From: Negaprion brevirostris
Taxonomy: Eukaryota
Assembly: GCA_030324005.1 (NCBI GenBank)
Contig: JARDVH010000031.1
Span: forward strand, 56,750,821-56,814,820
DNA: 64,000 nucleotides
Direction of reading: 5' to 3'
Made by a program: the position numbers and the translations under genes. The notes beneath the pieces were generated by a model. The model saw only the letters and a list, made by a program, of their open reading frames with translations. It was not told where the DNA came from and made no database searches. Shown piece by piece: positions 50,750 to 62,813 of this stretch; the first letter of the stretch is position 1; each line of letters opens with the position of its first letter.

Positions 50750-51600
50750 TCTCCTTTGGAACTGCCTGGTTGGATTATGCCTTGAATACTGTGAGAAGTT
50801 CTGGTCCCACATCTTAGGAAGAATTGATTGGTTTTGGAGGAAGTGCAGCATAGATTTACTAGAATTACCCCTGGACTCCAAGAACTAAATTACAAGGAGA
50901 GATTGCACACACTATGGTTAAATGCTCTTAATTTATAAGTGATCTGACAGAAATTTTCATGATATTAGGGGAAACAGAGGGGTCTTGTGGCACAGTGGTA
51001 TATTCACTGCCTCTGAACCAAAAGCTCTGAGTTCAAGACCCATTCCAGAGCTTTGGAAGGTGCACTCATGACTTGGCCAAGTAGGTGGATTGTCAGCCTG
51101 TAAACTCTTCCAAAGTGCCTGATGGTAGGTGTTAGAAGTGGGAGAGTTTCCTCGTCAGCCACGCTGCTGAAGGCAATGACAATCCACTACAGTACTTTAC
51201 CAAGCAGAATTATGGATCGATCCAGTGAAAGATCGTTGTTGTCAATGCCCTCTTTGGGCATAGTAACTGAACCGGGGGAGGAATGGATAGACAGCATAAG
51301 TTCTTACTAGTTAAAGAGTTCAGGACGTGGGTGTAATGTAAGATTAAATCTTTAAGGAGTGAAATTATGAAACACTTCTACACACAGGATGTAAAAGTTT
51401 GGAACTCTCTTCCTCAAATGGGAATTAATATCTGATCAATTCCTAGTTTTAAATCTGTGATTGATAGGTTTTTGTAACCCATAGATATTGGAATAGAAAC
51501 AAAGATGGGTATATGGATTTGTGTTGCAGACCAACTATGGTCTCATTGAATGGCAGAACATGCTTGAGAGGTTGAATGACTGACTCATGTCCTATATTCC
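50750..51600 (+). mobile_element. Old CR1 3' part with nested SINE
   Basis: Remnants LEYCEKFWSH and VWNSLPQ, with a CR1 tail. Confidence 0.75.
50979..51275 (+). mobile_element. tRNA-head SINE with an RTE/BovB-like 3' part
   Basis: A-box tggcacagtgg and B-box gagttcaagacc. The tail is aaggcaatgacaatccactacagtactttaccaagcagaattatgga. Confidence 0.6.
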
Positions 51601-53156
51601 TCCGACATTCTGGCTATAGCAAAAGATTAATTTTTATATACCCAGAAACGTTAATGCATTGGGTAGTCTGCCAGCAAGCTTGCACTAAATGGAGGAGTCC
51701 AGCTCCAACTTGTGAAGGTCTTGCCGAACATGGTGTTGAGATCATGCAGTCAACAATTGAGTGAGCAGTGAGCTCTATGAACTCTGCAGAGGAGTCCACA
51801 ATAATGGAATTTTAGCTGACACTGTTAGCAGCTTCATTGAGAACTCACACTACTCGTGACTCTAATGTTTTTAGCATCTCCTCAGGTGCTAAAAAGTGTG
51901 AAAAGCATGAATAGGTGCTTCCAGAGAACATTCCACCAGTTATTCAGTTCCCACTCAGCAGTCAGAGTGTAATGGCAACATGACGGCGGCTGGAGGAGAT
52001 TTTTATTTTATTGATGTTGGTCTTTACATCTTAGTTTTTTAAGAAGAAGCCTAATGACTTATGAAATAAGAGTATCCTTGTGAAGAAATCATCTATTATG
52101 GGCAGAGAAGTAGAAATAAAATGAAACCCCTAATTCCCTTCCCTCTGTCAGTGATCAGTGTAGTTTTTCTGAAAAGATAGATATGTATGTTTCTAAGCCT
52201 TGTCTAGCGTACAGTCAACTTAAACAGACAGTAGCAGACTTTTATGGGTTTTCAAATAAAGAAAATCATTCATTCACATACTCATCCTGAAAAGCCTCGT
52301 CATTCACATAACACAAACTCAAGAAATATACAATTCATGAAGAAGATGCGCTTCTACAAGTATTTAACCAAAAAAATGTGAACAGTTCATATGTTTAGCT
52401 TGTTGGAGGAGATCAGTCAGAGTTGTCTTTTTCCACTCTTGAATTATAGTTTAGATTAGTCCAAGTAACTGGAGTAAAATATCAGGATTGCTAGAGGGTT
52501 TCTTCAAAGAGCTGGCTTCTCAGCAGATCATGAGGTATGTTCCTTTAGCTTCTTTATCAAGAGGTCAAATTTCTTTACAAATTTCACTTGGAGTTCTGGA
52601 ATCAGTTTGGAAGACTTTTAAAGACGTTATAGCCTCATAGATATTAAAAGGAAAAGATGGCAATGCCTGTTCTGCAGCTGTTGTCTTTTAAATGTATTAC
52701 CATAGGCTGCAAAGATCACTTCTGAGTCTTTAGATAGAGCTCATTAACTCAAGCCAGATTTGATCACATGACCAATACTGACACTTCCTATCCAGCAAGG
52801 TTTGGAAGCCTGAAGACATCACTACATATTGGGAGATAGATGGTGATCTTTCATAATTAACTTGTGGATAACTGGTCTCATACGATTACTTTTGTTAATA
52901 TGAAAATCTGGAAACAGAGTATACGCAAAGTGAGGAGCCTACGTCAGCTTCAGGACTCTGCAGTACCATTTTTCAATGGGAAATCAATATCAAAGATCGG
53001 TACAAAACAAAGGTAAGTTACTTACCATAATCTCCAATCAAACACACGGGTGCTGAATTCCTCAGCCTCCTGGCTTCATATCTCCCTGTTCACTCCCATC
53101 TCAACCACCAAGCTCCCTCCCATCACCAGTTCCTCCACCCTTACCCATCTACCTGA

Positions 53157-54380
53157 CTATGGGGAGCCTGTGGATGTGGTATATCTGGATTTCCAGGATG
53201 CATTTGACAAGGTACTGCACCAAAGATTGCTACATAAGATAAAGGTGCACGGTGTTACAGGTAATGTATTAGCATCAATAGAGGATTGGTTAGCTTACAG
53301 GAAGCAAGGAGTGGAGGTAAATGGATGTTTTTTTGGTTGGCGATCAGTGACTAATGGTGAGCCTCAGGGATCAGTGTTGGGGCTACAATTGTTTACGATT
53401 TACATGGATGATTTGAAGTTGGGGACCAAGTGTATTTTGTCAAAATGCGCAGATGACACTGAGATGTGCAGCAGAGCAAAGTGTGCAGAGGATATTGGAA
53501 GTTTGCAAAGGGTGAAAGAGTGTTTAAGTGAGTGGGTGTGGGTCTGGCAGATGGAGTACAATGTTGTAAATTTGAGGTAATCTATTTTGGTACAAATAAC
53601 AACAAAATGGATTATTATTTAATTTGTAAAAAAAAATTGCAGCATGCTGATGTGCAGAGGGATCTGGGTTCCTTGTGCAAGAATCACAAAAAATTGGTTT
53701 GCAGGTGTAGCGGGTAATTAAGAAGGCAACTGGAATTTTGTTTTTCANNNNNNNNNNNNNNNNNNNNNNNNNNNNNNNNNNNNNNNNNNNNNNNNNNNNN
53801 NNNNNNNNNNNNNNNNNNNNNNNNNNNNNNNNNNNNNNNNNNNNNNNNNNNNNNNNNNNNNNNNNNNNNNNNNNNNNNNNNNNNNNNNNNNNNNNNNNNN
53901 NNNNNNNNNNNNNNNNNNNNNNNNNNNNNNNNNNNNNNNNNNNNNNNNNNNNNNNNNNNNNNNNNNNNNNNNNNNNNNNNNNNNNNNNNNNNNNNNNNNN
54001 NNNNNNNNNNNNNNNNNNNNNNNNNNNNNNNNNNNNNNNNNNNNNNNNNNNNNNNNNNNNNNNNNNNNNNNNNNNNNNNNNNNNNNNNNNNNNNNNNNNN
54101 NNNNNNNNNNNNNGACTGAGTTGAGGAGGAACTTCTTCACACAAAGGGTTGTGAATCTATGGAATTCCCTGCCCAGTGAAGCAGTTGAGGTTACCGCATT
54201 GAATGTTTTTAAGGAAGGACAGATAAATTTTTGAACAGGAAAGGAATTAAGGGTTATGGTGAGCGGACAGATAAGCGGAGCTGAGTCCTCGAAAAGATCA
54301 GCCATGATCTTATTGAATAGCAGAGCAGACTCGAGAGGCCAGATGGCCTACTCCTGCTCCAAGTTCTTATGTTCTTATGT
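53157..54380 (+). mobile_element. CR1 LINE, RT to 3' end (spans a gap)
   Basis: VDVVYLDFQDAFDKVLH...PQGSVLG...ADDT, with the tail ttcttatgttcttatg. Confidence 0.9.
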
Positions 54381-55949
54381 TATCCCAGACCTGTTCATTT
54401 TTCTGTCCCCTCACCTTGAGGCTGATTTTCTACCAAACAGATAATCTTTTCACCAGTTACCAATCATTGCCCTTGCCTATGGGCTGTTGCAGTGTTAGTA
54501 GGTACCTAAACTTCCAGCAGCTTAGCTCTGCGGTTTCTTCCTGTAGTACACTCTCCCTGTGAATGATGTCCAAGGTCCAATGTCCAGGGATCCTCTAACC
54601 TCATTACTTGTGTGCAGCTTAATTAAAAAAGGGAACTCTCAGATTTCTTGCTATCTGTCTTTTGGGAGTAAAGGAGTTCCGGGGAGAGTATTAATATTTA
54701 CAGAGGACCTTCTGAAACAAGTCAGAATACCATTGTGTTACGTTTCCATTGCTGTGAAAGAAAGACATAACTTCATGCCTTTAAGATGCTTTTGACATTA
54801 TTCATGCGCAAGTATTTCTGGCAATGTGGCTCACTGATCTCAAAGAAATCTATGAGATTACATTAACTTTAATCAATTGCGGGTTAAATGTTATCTCAGG
54901 ACAACTGAGGGTTGAGAACAAACATACCAGCAGGATTATTATCGCAAATCACACTAGGGAGGCTGATACATCGTACTGTACACAAGAATAAGTACTGGGA
55001 TTATAGGGCTNNNNNNNNNNNNNNNNNNNNNNNNNNNNNNNNNNNNNNNNNNNNNNNNNNNNNNNNNNNNNNNNNNNNNNNNNNNNNNNNNNNNNNNNNN
55101 NNNNNNNNNNNNNNNNNNNNNNNNNNNNNNNNNNNNNNNNNNNNNNNNNNNNNNNNNNNNNNNNNNNNNNNNNNNNNNNNNNNNNNNNNNNNNNNNNNNA
55201 AGAGTACATCCCTAAGTTAATAGCATCTGTTGGAACATGTTTCTATGGGAAGGTAAACTTCAAGAGATGTTATGGTTATGGGCAGTAGAAATGAGGAACA
55301 AGCTAAGACGAGTCAAGGCTAGATGGATAAAAGTTCAAGATCCATCTAGTTTGACCTTTATCATCCTGATACAATGATAATGGATGTGCTGGCTGTCCCC
55401 AGCATTCAACCTCAGTGTGCTGATTGATGACAGATCCAGGAATCAGATGAGAAATATCTCATAGCTGGAAATTTAAATTGGGGAAGCACGGGACCAAAAT
55501 CACCTTTTCCCTGCCAAGCGTGCTACACATGCCGATTGTCAGGATAATATTGGTGACATGAAAATATGAAGGAAATCTAAGGAATTGGAATATTTTCTGC
55601 TGGTTATATATCATAAAAACTGTGGGACAATTTGTGTTAATGGAACATGTGTCTTTCATATGTTGAAGAATTTAGCAACACTACAGACAGATGTTTAGTT
55701 CAGGCAAGGAGTAACAATGCAGAGGAAGGGGTCAGCAGAACATGAATGAATTCACACCCATTCCTTTCCTTAATTTGCCTGGCCAAACTTTCTCTAAACT
55801 TCTTCATGCTTTCACCCTGAACTTGTATCTTTCTTCAGTTTCACTCCAGTTTCCCTTCATGCCAACCCCCAAACCTCCCACCCGTAACCCCCACACCCCC
55901 CAACACCCTCTCCTGCCAACAGCCCTTGAAATTTACTTCTTTAGATAAA

Positions 55950-56622
55950 CATTTTGTGTTCAACTTTCCATTCCAGAGATTAAGTCTGGTGGTGGAAGTG
56001 AAAGTCGGAATGACTTCCTCTGGAGCGCAGGGCAGCTAAACACTTGAGTTCTTACGCTGGTCAACTCATTAACAAAAAGCCACAAGGAGCATGTTGAATT
56101 TTGTGGTGGACAGGCAGGAATTGGCTCAGACAGCTATTCATTTTTACATCGGGTCCTTGACTCCTCCACACATCGCCCCACAACCCCCAGTCCAACCTCA
56201 GTCTCAGTCCTGTCCTGTGTCCAGCCTTGTGTGGCAGGCAGCTGATCTCTCTCAGTAATGAAAAGAAACCGAAATCAAAGTCAACTGACCTGAAAGTCCA
56301 AGAAGTCAACCTCGCCAACTGCACACTGTGTATGTACAATGGTGAAACAGAACGCTCTAAATTCCCACTGGCAGGAGGCTTAATTTGGAGGGGGAACAAG
56401 ATTGTAGTGTTTTGACCCTTTAGTAAGCATTCATGAAATGCAAATGGATGTCTGGCATAACTCTGCAGGACAAACCCATGTTTAAACTGCCTTTAAAGTT
56501 GGGGAGAACAAGATTCCGAATTAACCTCCTGACTTTGGTAAACAGACTTTTGGCTTCCCGCTAAATCTTGCTTTTCTGCCTATTGGTATTCCCACTGTTG
56601 GAGTGACTGGAAAATTCTGCCT
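55950..56622. mobile_element. Probable non-autonomous TIR element
   Basis: It ends in ggaaaattctgcc, the same TIR type as the other Harbinger-like ends in the window. Confidence 0.35.
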
Positions 56623-57260
56623 TTTGAACTCTGACATAATTGCTCCTGATATGGCCCAATGTTACATTTTGTAAAGTATTTTGGGATGTTTTACTATGTT
56701 AAAAGTACTATATCAATTTTGAGCTACTGTTGTTTTGGCTTGGGACCATTTCAATTTCCTTAGTACTGGCTCAGTTGTCAAACTGGGAAAATTCTTCCTA
56801 TTGATATGTTCTGTTAGTGTCGCCTTCCAACTTTTGAGATCCATCATGTTTGGACAATATTCATCTCAAATTGCTTTTTGTGCCTTTTTTTGATAATAAA
56901 CATATTTTAATATACCTGCATATGGCAATTTTGCATGTCCACAGTTCTTATACTTTGCTTTACAAAAAACTAAATCAAAAAGCCGCAAACAAATAATTCA
57001 CTTTGCCTGAAAGAAACCCTGGGGTCAAAAAGTAACCAGTCTGCTATTGACGTGGTTAAGACTTGGCATGTCATACAATAGATATAACTTGGAATGGAGC
57101 TTGACATCCCACTTCACAATCAACTTCTTCAGAAATCAATGTTCTTAATGACTTTCCTCATTAATAATCTCAGCTTGTCCTTGAATGGTACATGAATAAT
57201 CCATCTTTACTTCAGGTGCCTAGTGGCAATTTTGAAACACTGCACATACATTTTACGATC

Positions 57261-57390
57261 AAAGCAAATTACTGCAGATGCTGGAATCTGGAACAAAAAC
57301 AGAAAATGCTGGAAAATCACAGCGGGTCTGACAGCATCTGTGAAGAGAGAATAGAGCTCACGTTTCAAGTCTGGATGAGCCTTGGTCAGT
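57261..57390 (-). mobile_element. Solo Penelope terminus starting at the hammerhead core
   Basis: The minus strand reads ctgaccaaggctcatccagacttgaaacgtgagct...acagatgctgtcagacc. Confidence 0.75.
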
Positions 57391-57939
57391 GCTTGAAAAG
57401 TAACCACAAAATGTTAAACCTAGAAGCTTTGCATTTGAAATGCATGATAACTGATTTCAGGTTTTAGCTAAAATGCAATTACTTGATCTCATTTGACCAC
57501 CAGAAGAAAACAAAGGAGGCTTTCTGTAATGTCCAGAGCAAAATATCTGCTGGGATGTTCATAGTCGCGGTTGTTTACTATGCATTGAGTATGTGATCAT
57601 GCGGCTGATATAAATAAGCAAATATTTTTAGCTGTTAGATGTAGTAGCAGGTCAGTCCTGTGGATATCTTTTGAATTTTCAGCTAAGTTCAGACATGCAG
57701 TACTGAGATATTGCAGGATTTTGCAGTTAGTTTTAGTAAATTAGCATTTTTTCATTAATATATCTGTTAACATTGTGTATCAGTAATAAAATGCTTTATA
57801 TGAATAATCCTCTAACTGCAGGAAACAAGAAACAGCTATGATATGTGACACTTACATGTGGTTGTGCACTTGTTAACATGTCCAATGCAGTGTTATTCTG
57901 CTGACGTGAAGATGTGCCTGCATGTGATAGAGTGAATTT

Positions 57940-58200
57940 GAAGGGCAAGCAAGAAGTCAAAGAGAACGTTTAATTTGCTGGGTTGCCATGTGAATACCAA
58001 ATTAATCGTTGCTCACTTCCCCTCTGGTTCAATGTTTTGGGGGTTGATGTTGTCATATTGAGTGAAGTGGGACAGGCTGGCTGGACTATTCTCAGTGTGG
58101 ATTCTTTCATGATGGTTGTAGGCAGTACAAACAGATGCTTTCAGAATTACCATGCGGCATCCCCAATGAGTCCATTGAGGTGAAAGGATGGACACAGAGC
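57940..58200 (-). mobile_element. CR1-group LINE fragment
   Basis: Homologous to the reverse of 7080-7300 (aatgttttgggggtt). Confidence 0.5.
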
Positions 58201-59316
58201 ATGCAAGTACCTGAAGGAGTCTTAGTTATGATGAGTAAATGTGCCATGTGACACAAATGCATCTTTACTGAGATTGTAGGTAGGAGGTAGATGATGGTAG
58301 GAGGGAGTCAATGCAGATCTTTCTGAATTTAACAAGGTAATTTCCTGGATAACTGCTACCTCTAGTTAAAAAAAAATAGTGTGTACTTCTGGAGGAGCTG
58401 CAACAGAACATAGAGAACATTTTTTTGACAAGGGAATCCTTCAAAACTGAAACAAAAACAGTCAGTGGCTTGTTATCTGACTGTGGCCTGTTACATCTGT
58501 CAGGTCAAGAGAGGGAAAAAGGATGATATTATCTGAACTGAGACAAAGTGACAAGTTAACTAAGAGGTATCTATTTAAAAGAGAATAATGCTCCTACTTT
58601 TCAAAAACAAACTCACAATATGAAGTCACATTTAAACACAGCATATCCTTGTAGCCCTGCAAATTAATTTGCTTCAACCACTTATCCAATTTGCTTTTGA
58701 AAAACATAATTGAATCTGCCTCTACCAATCTTTAAGGTAGTACATTCCAGATTATAATCATTTGCTCTACAAAAACATTTTACCGTATGTTGCCTTTGGT
58801 TCTTTGGTTCAGTATTTTAAACCTATATCCCCTGGTCCTCAATCTTTCAGCCAGTGAGAGCAGCTTCTTTATCTATTCAGCTTAGAGTAATAAAATGGCA
58901 TTTTCTGTCCTCATAGAGCAAGGAATACACAGTGCTGTTCAAATCACACAAGTGCTTCACACACGACGGAGTCAACTCTCACCACTGACATCTGAACCAA
59001 GCAGCAGAAATAAATTTCAAAAAATAGGCAATGATGTGGCAGATGAAGCATGGAGCACTGGGAATAAAGGAGAAACAGCAGCTAGGGTTGCCAAGGAGCC
59101 AACAGGTAAAGAGAAGATGTCTACCATGACAGAGAAATTCTGTCCATATTGAAAGGAAGCTGCACGTGTGAGACTGGAAGATGATAGATCTTGACTAGAA
59201 TGGAAATTATCTATTATGAAACTTGTGGCAACACCAATGGCATCTGCAGCTGTAATCTCAGTAGTGCACACACTGGACACAGCGAAAATATCTCTCTCAA
59301 ATAATTTCACTACCTC

Positions 59317-59890
59317 ATTTGATTTGATTTATTATTGTCACATGTATTAGCCTAGTGAAAAGTATTGTTCCTTGCACACTATCCAGACAAAGCATACTGT
59401 TCATAGAGAGGAGATGTGAGAGTGCAGAATGTAGTGTTACATTCATAGTTAGGGTGTAGAGAAATATCAACTTAATGCAGGGTAGGTCCATTCAAAAGTC
59501 TGATGGCAGCAGGGAGGAAGCTGTTCTTGAGTTCAGACCTCAGACTTTTGTATCTTTTTCCTGACAGAAGAAGGTGAAAGAGAGAATGTTGGGGATGCAT
59601 GGGGTCCTTATTTATGCTTGCTGCTTTGCTGAGACAGCAGAAAATGTAGACAAAGTCAATGATGGGAGACTGGTTGGGGGATGGATTGGACTACATTCAC
59701 GACCTTTTGTAGTTTCTTGTAGCCTTGGACAGAGCAGGAGCCATTCCAAGCTGTGATACAACCAGAAAGAATGCTTTCTATGGTGCATCTGTAAAAGTTG
59801 GTGAAAGTCATAGCTGACAAATTTCCTTAGTCTTCTGAGAAAGTAGAGTGGGCTTTCTTAACTATAGTGTTGGCATGGTGGGGACCAGGA
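59317..59890 (-). mobile_element. Rex1/Babar LINE 3' part
   Basis: Minus translation FLRRLRKF..TNFYRCTIESILSGCITAWNG..KKLQKVV, with the tail (atcaa)n. Confidence 0.85.
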
Positions 59891-61029
59891 TCAAATGACT
59901 GGGTCCCAATTTGCAGCCGTTCTGTGTTTATTTTTCCTGCCAGCTTTGATCTGGCTTGGGTTAATATTGCAGACTGTTTGGGATGACATAATTGAAGACT
60001 GAACTGCCTATTAAAAGAAAGATCCCATCAGCATTGGGAAGGTTTCCCGCTACAAAGTGGGTAAATAACCTGCTCTATTTTAATTGCCCCATATCAAGTG
60101 CACTCCCCATCTCAACCTGCATTACGATAGCAGTACGGGGGGAGAAGGGTGTCAGATTAACGTTCTCCTTAATGTATCAGTCGGCCAAAAATACACCCGA
60201 TCATATGCTGCTCGCTGCCACAAAAATACAGGCAAAGCAAATAGTAGTTCCAACATTGTAGCTATGTCCAGCAGAAAGTTGTGTAAAATTACAGTCCTCA
60301 CTGGGAGAACTGGATAACTGACCTAATGACTGTCTCTCTGCCTGTAGGAATGAGTCTACTGGTTGTGGTTTCCGCATGCCATCATCATTATCCCTTCATG
60401 AAGTGCTGCTGCTCATCATACAAACTCACAGTGAAACATTGGCAACAGCAACACTGTGCAGTATGCAGCATTGTTTAAACAACTTTTTTGTGGCCTGTGG
60501 TAAGGCAACCCTATTCAGACAAAATGAACCATTATTTTTGCTTTCCAAATTTTTGCTTGATGCCACTTCCGTTTGAGCTACGTGTCATGGGTTCAGTTTT
60601 TATGTACATACTGTCAAAACCTGCACTAACTCCCTCAACCCTTCTACAGGCTCTGTGTTGAGATTGAAATCCCAAATACAAGCAGGAAATTGTTTTAATC
60701 CTTCTGGTTAAACTGATTTTCCCTTCTGNNNNNNNNNNNNNNNNNNNNNNNNNNNNNNNNNNNNNNNNNNNNNNNNNNNNNNNNNNNNNNNNNNNNNNNN
60801 NNNNNNNNNNNNNNNNNNNNNNNNNNNNCTGGTTAAACTGATTTTCCCTTCTGCGGTTAGATAAGGGTATGATCGATTCAGAAGCAAAAGCAGGAAGAGG
60901 GAGTTGAGAGACAGCTCAGCCATTATTTAACTGAATGGTGGAATGGAGTCAAGGAGTTGAATGGCCCATTTCTCTTTGTTTCTCCAACATGTGATGGGCT
61001 ACAGGTTCCTGCAGTTAAACACTAGGAAA

Positions 61030-61990
61030 ACTGAAACTATCATTTTTGGTCCCTGCACTAACTCTTAATTCATGACATTCCCACTCCACCACCATTGTCT
61101 CAAGTTGAACCACACTATTCACAACATCAGCATCCTAGTCAGCTGTAAGCTGAGATTCTGACCCCTGTCTTCTCCATCCAAAGACCAGACATTTGTAAAC
61201 ATGAAAGCTCCCTTCCATACCTCAGTTCATTTGCTGATGAAACTTTCAACCATGCAGCTGCCAATTCCAATTTCTCTCCTGTGAACACTCCAATCATCTA
61301 TTTCCGATCAGAAAAAAAGGCACAAAATCTACCCTGCACCCAAGTCCCATAAAATTATTACTCCCCTCCTTTTTGAGTTACCTTGATTGGTTGTCCACAC
61401 ATGCCTCAAAAGATTCTCATCCTCAAGCATAAGATGGCACAGGGGCTAGCACTGCTGCCTCACTGTGCCAGGGACTTGGGTTCGATTCCTGGCTTGGGTC
61501 ACTGTCTGTGTGGAGTTTGCATGTTCTCCCTGTGTCTGGGTGGGTTTTCCCCAGGTGCTCTGGTTTCCTCCTNNNNNNNNNNNNNNNNNNNNNNNNNNNN
61601 NNNNNNNNNNNNNNNNNNNNNNNNNNNNNNNNNNNNNNNNNNNNNNNNNNNNNNNNNNNNNNNNNNNNNNNNNNNNNNNNNNNNNNNNNNNNNNNNNNNN
61701 NNNNNNNNNNNNNNNNNNNNNNNNNNNNNNNNNNNNNNNNNNNNNNNNNNNNNNNNNNNNNNNNNNNNNNNNNNNNNNNNNNNNNNNNNNNNNNNNNNNN
61801 NNNNNNNNNNNNNNNNNNNNNNNNNNNNNNNNNNNNNNNNNNNNNNNNNNNNNNNNNNNNNNNNNNNNNNNNNNNNNNNNNNNNNNNNNNNTCCTTGTTT
61901 AACTCAGCATTATTTTTTCATCAAACATTTGTGAAACACTTTGCAATGTTTTTCCATATCAAAGGCATTATATGAATACAAATTGTTGTT
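61030..61990 (+). mobile_element. Old L2 remnant with nested HE1 5' half (61433-61572)
   Basis: L2-type tail gtgaaacactttgcaatgtt...aaaggcattatatgaatacaaattgttgttg. The HE1 head is cut by a gap. Confidence 0.55.
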
Positions 61991-62314
61991 GAAATATGAT
62001 GAATTTATGCCAATTTTACAAAATTCTAAGGCAATGGAGAAATGGCTAATATGTTACCATGCTCAAGTGTATTGTCAAATCCAAAATAAAGGGAAGTATA
62101 TAGCTCTGGGCAACAACCTTGTAGCCTTGTTGTCCTATTAAGAATGGATTGATTGATATGCAGTTATAAAGCTTTTCGTGACCAAAATATCACATTGATC
62201 GCCAAGATGATTGTGCTAGAATCAATTTACAAGCTCTGGCAGCCTTTTAGCAGCTACATTTTTGTTTTGGCAGCTACTAGTTTTGCTTTTGTGTTGTAGC
62301 AGTCGCATCAGTAT

Positions 62315-62813
62315 TTTCCACTTCTTAAATGACAGGGACAAATAAGATTCTGCTGATATTAAACCCAGAGAATATGTAACTCCTAACGTTGCTGCGTTTT
62401 CCAAGCATCCCAGGATATTAATATCTTAACAATTTATTACAAAGACACTACAGTGTCCCAAAATGTTTGCAGTATCAACTCAATGAATCACAGGATGGTT
62501 AAGGTAAATCATTACAAAATCTAATGTGACAAGTTCCAATTCCCAGCTGGCTGTCAGGGAATAGTTCAGATTGAAGAAAAAATACTCACAATAACATTGA
62601 AGAAACTTAGAGGACACCGCACCTGTGGTCATTTCTGTTATTTCATTGCAACTGTCTCCCAAAATAGCAATGAATGAGTCCTAGGAAACTGTGGTGGCGT
62701 GGCCCTTTAAGGGGGCATTATCTAGGGGCCACACTACAACATTAGGAGTTACATATTCTCTGGGTTTCATTTCAGCCCAATCTTAATTGTCCCTGTCATT
62801 TAAGAAGTGGAAA
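62315..62813. repeat. 77 bp ungapped inverted repeat (62315-62391 / 62737-62813)
   Basis: Direct comparison gives 71/77 identical after reverse complement. Confidence 0.9.

Noticed and set aside
58228-58271. ATGATGA...CTGA pair suggesting a C/D snoRNA
   Set aside because: Only about 44 nt with a weak terminal stem and no recognisable rRNA guide.
58895-59152. 85 aa ORF faintly resembling a Myb/SANT start or a CR1 fragment
   Set aside because: Too degenerate to assign, with no diagnostic motif.
60704-60853. 25 bp direct repeat ctggttaaactgattttcccttctg on both sides of a 100-N gap
   Set aside because: Typical unmerged contig overlap, so an assembly artefact.
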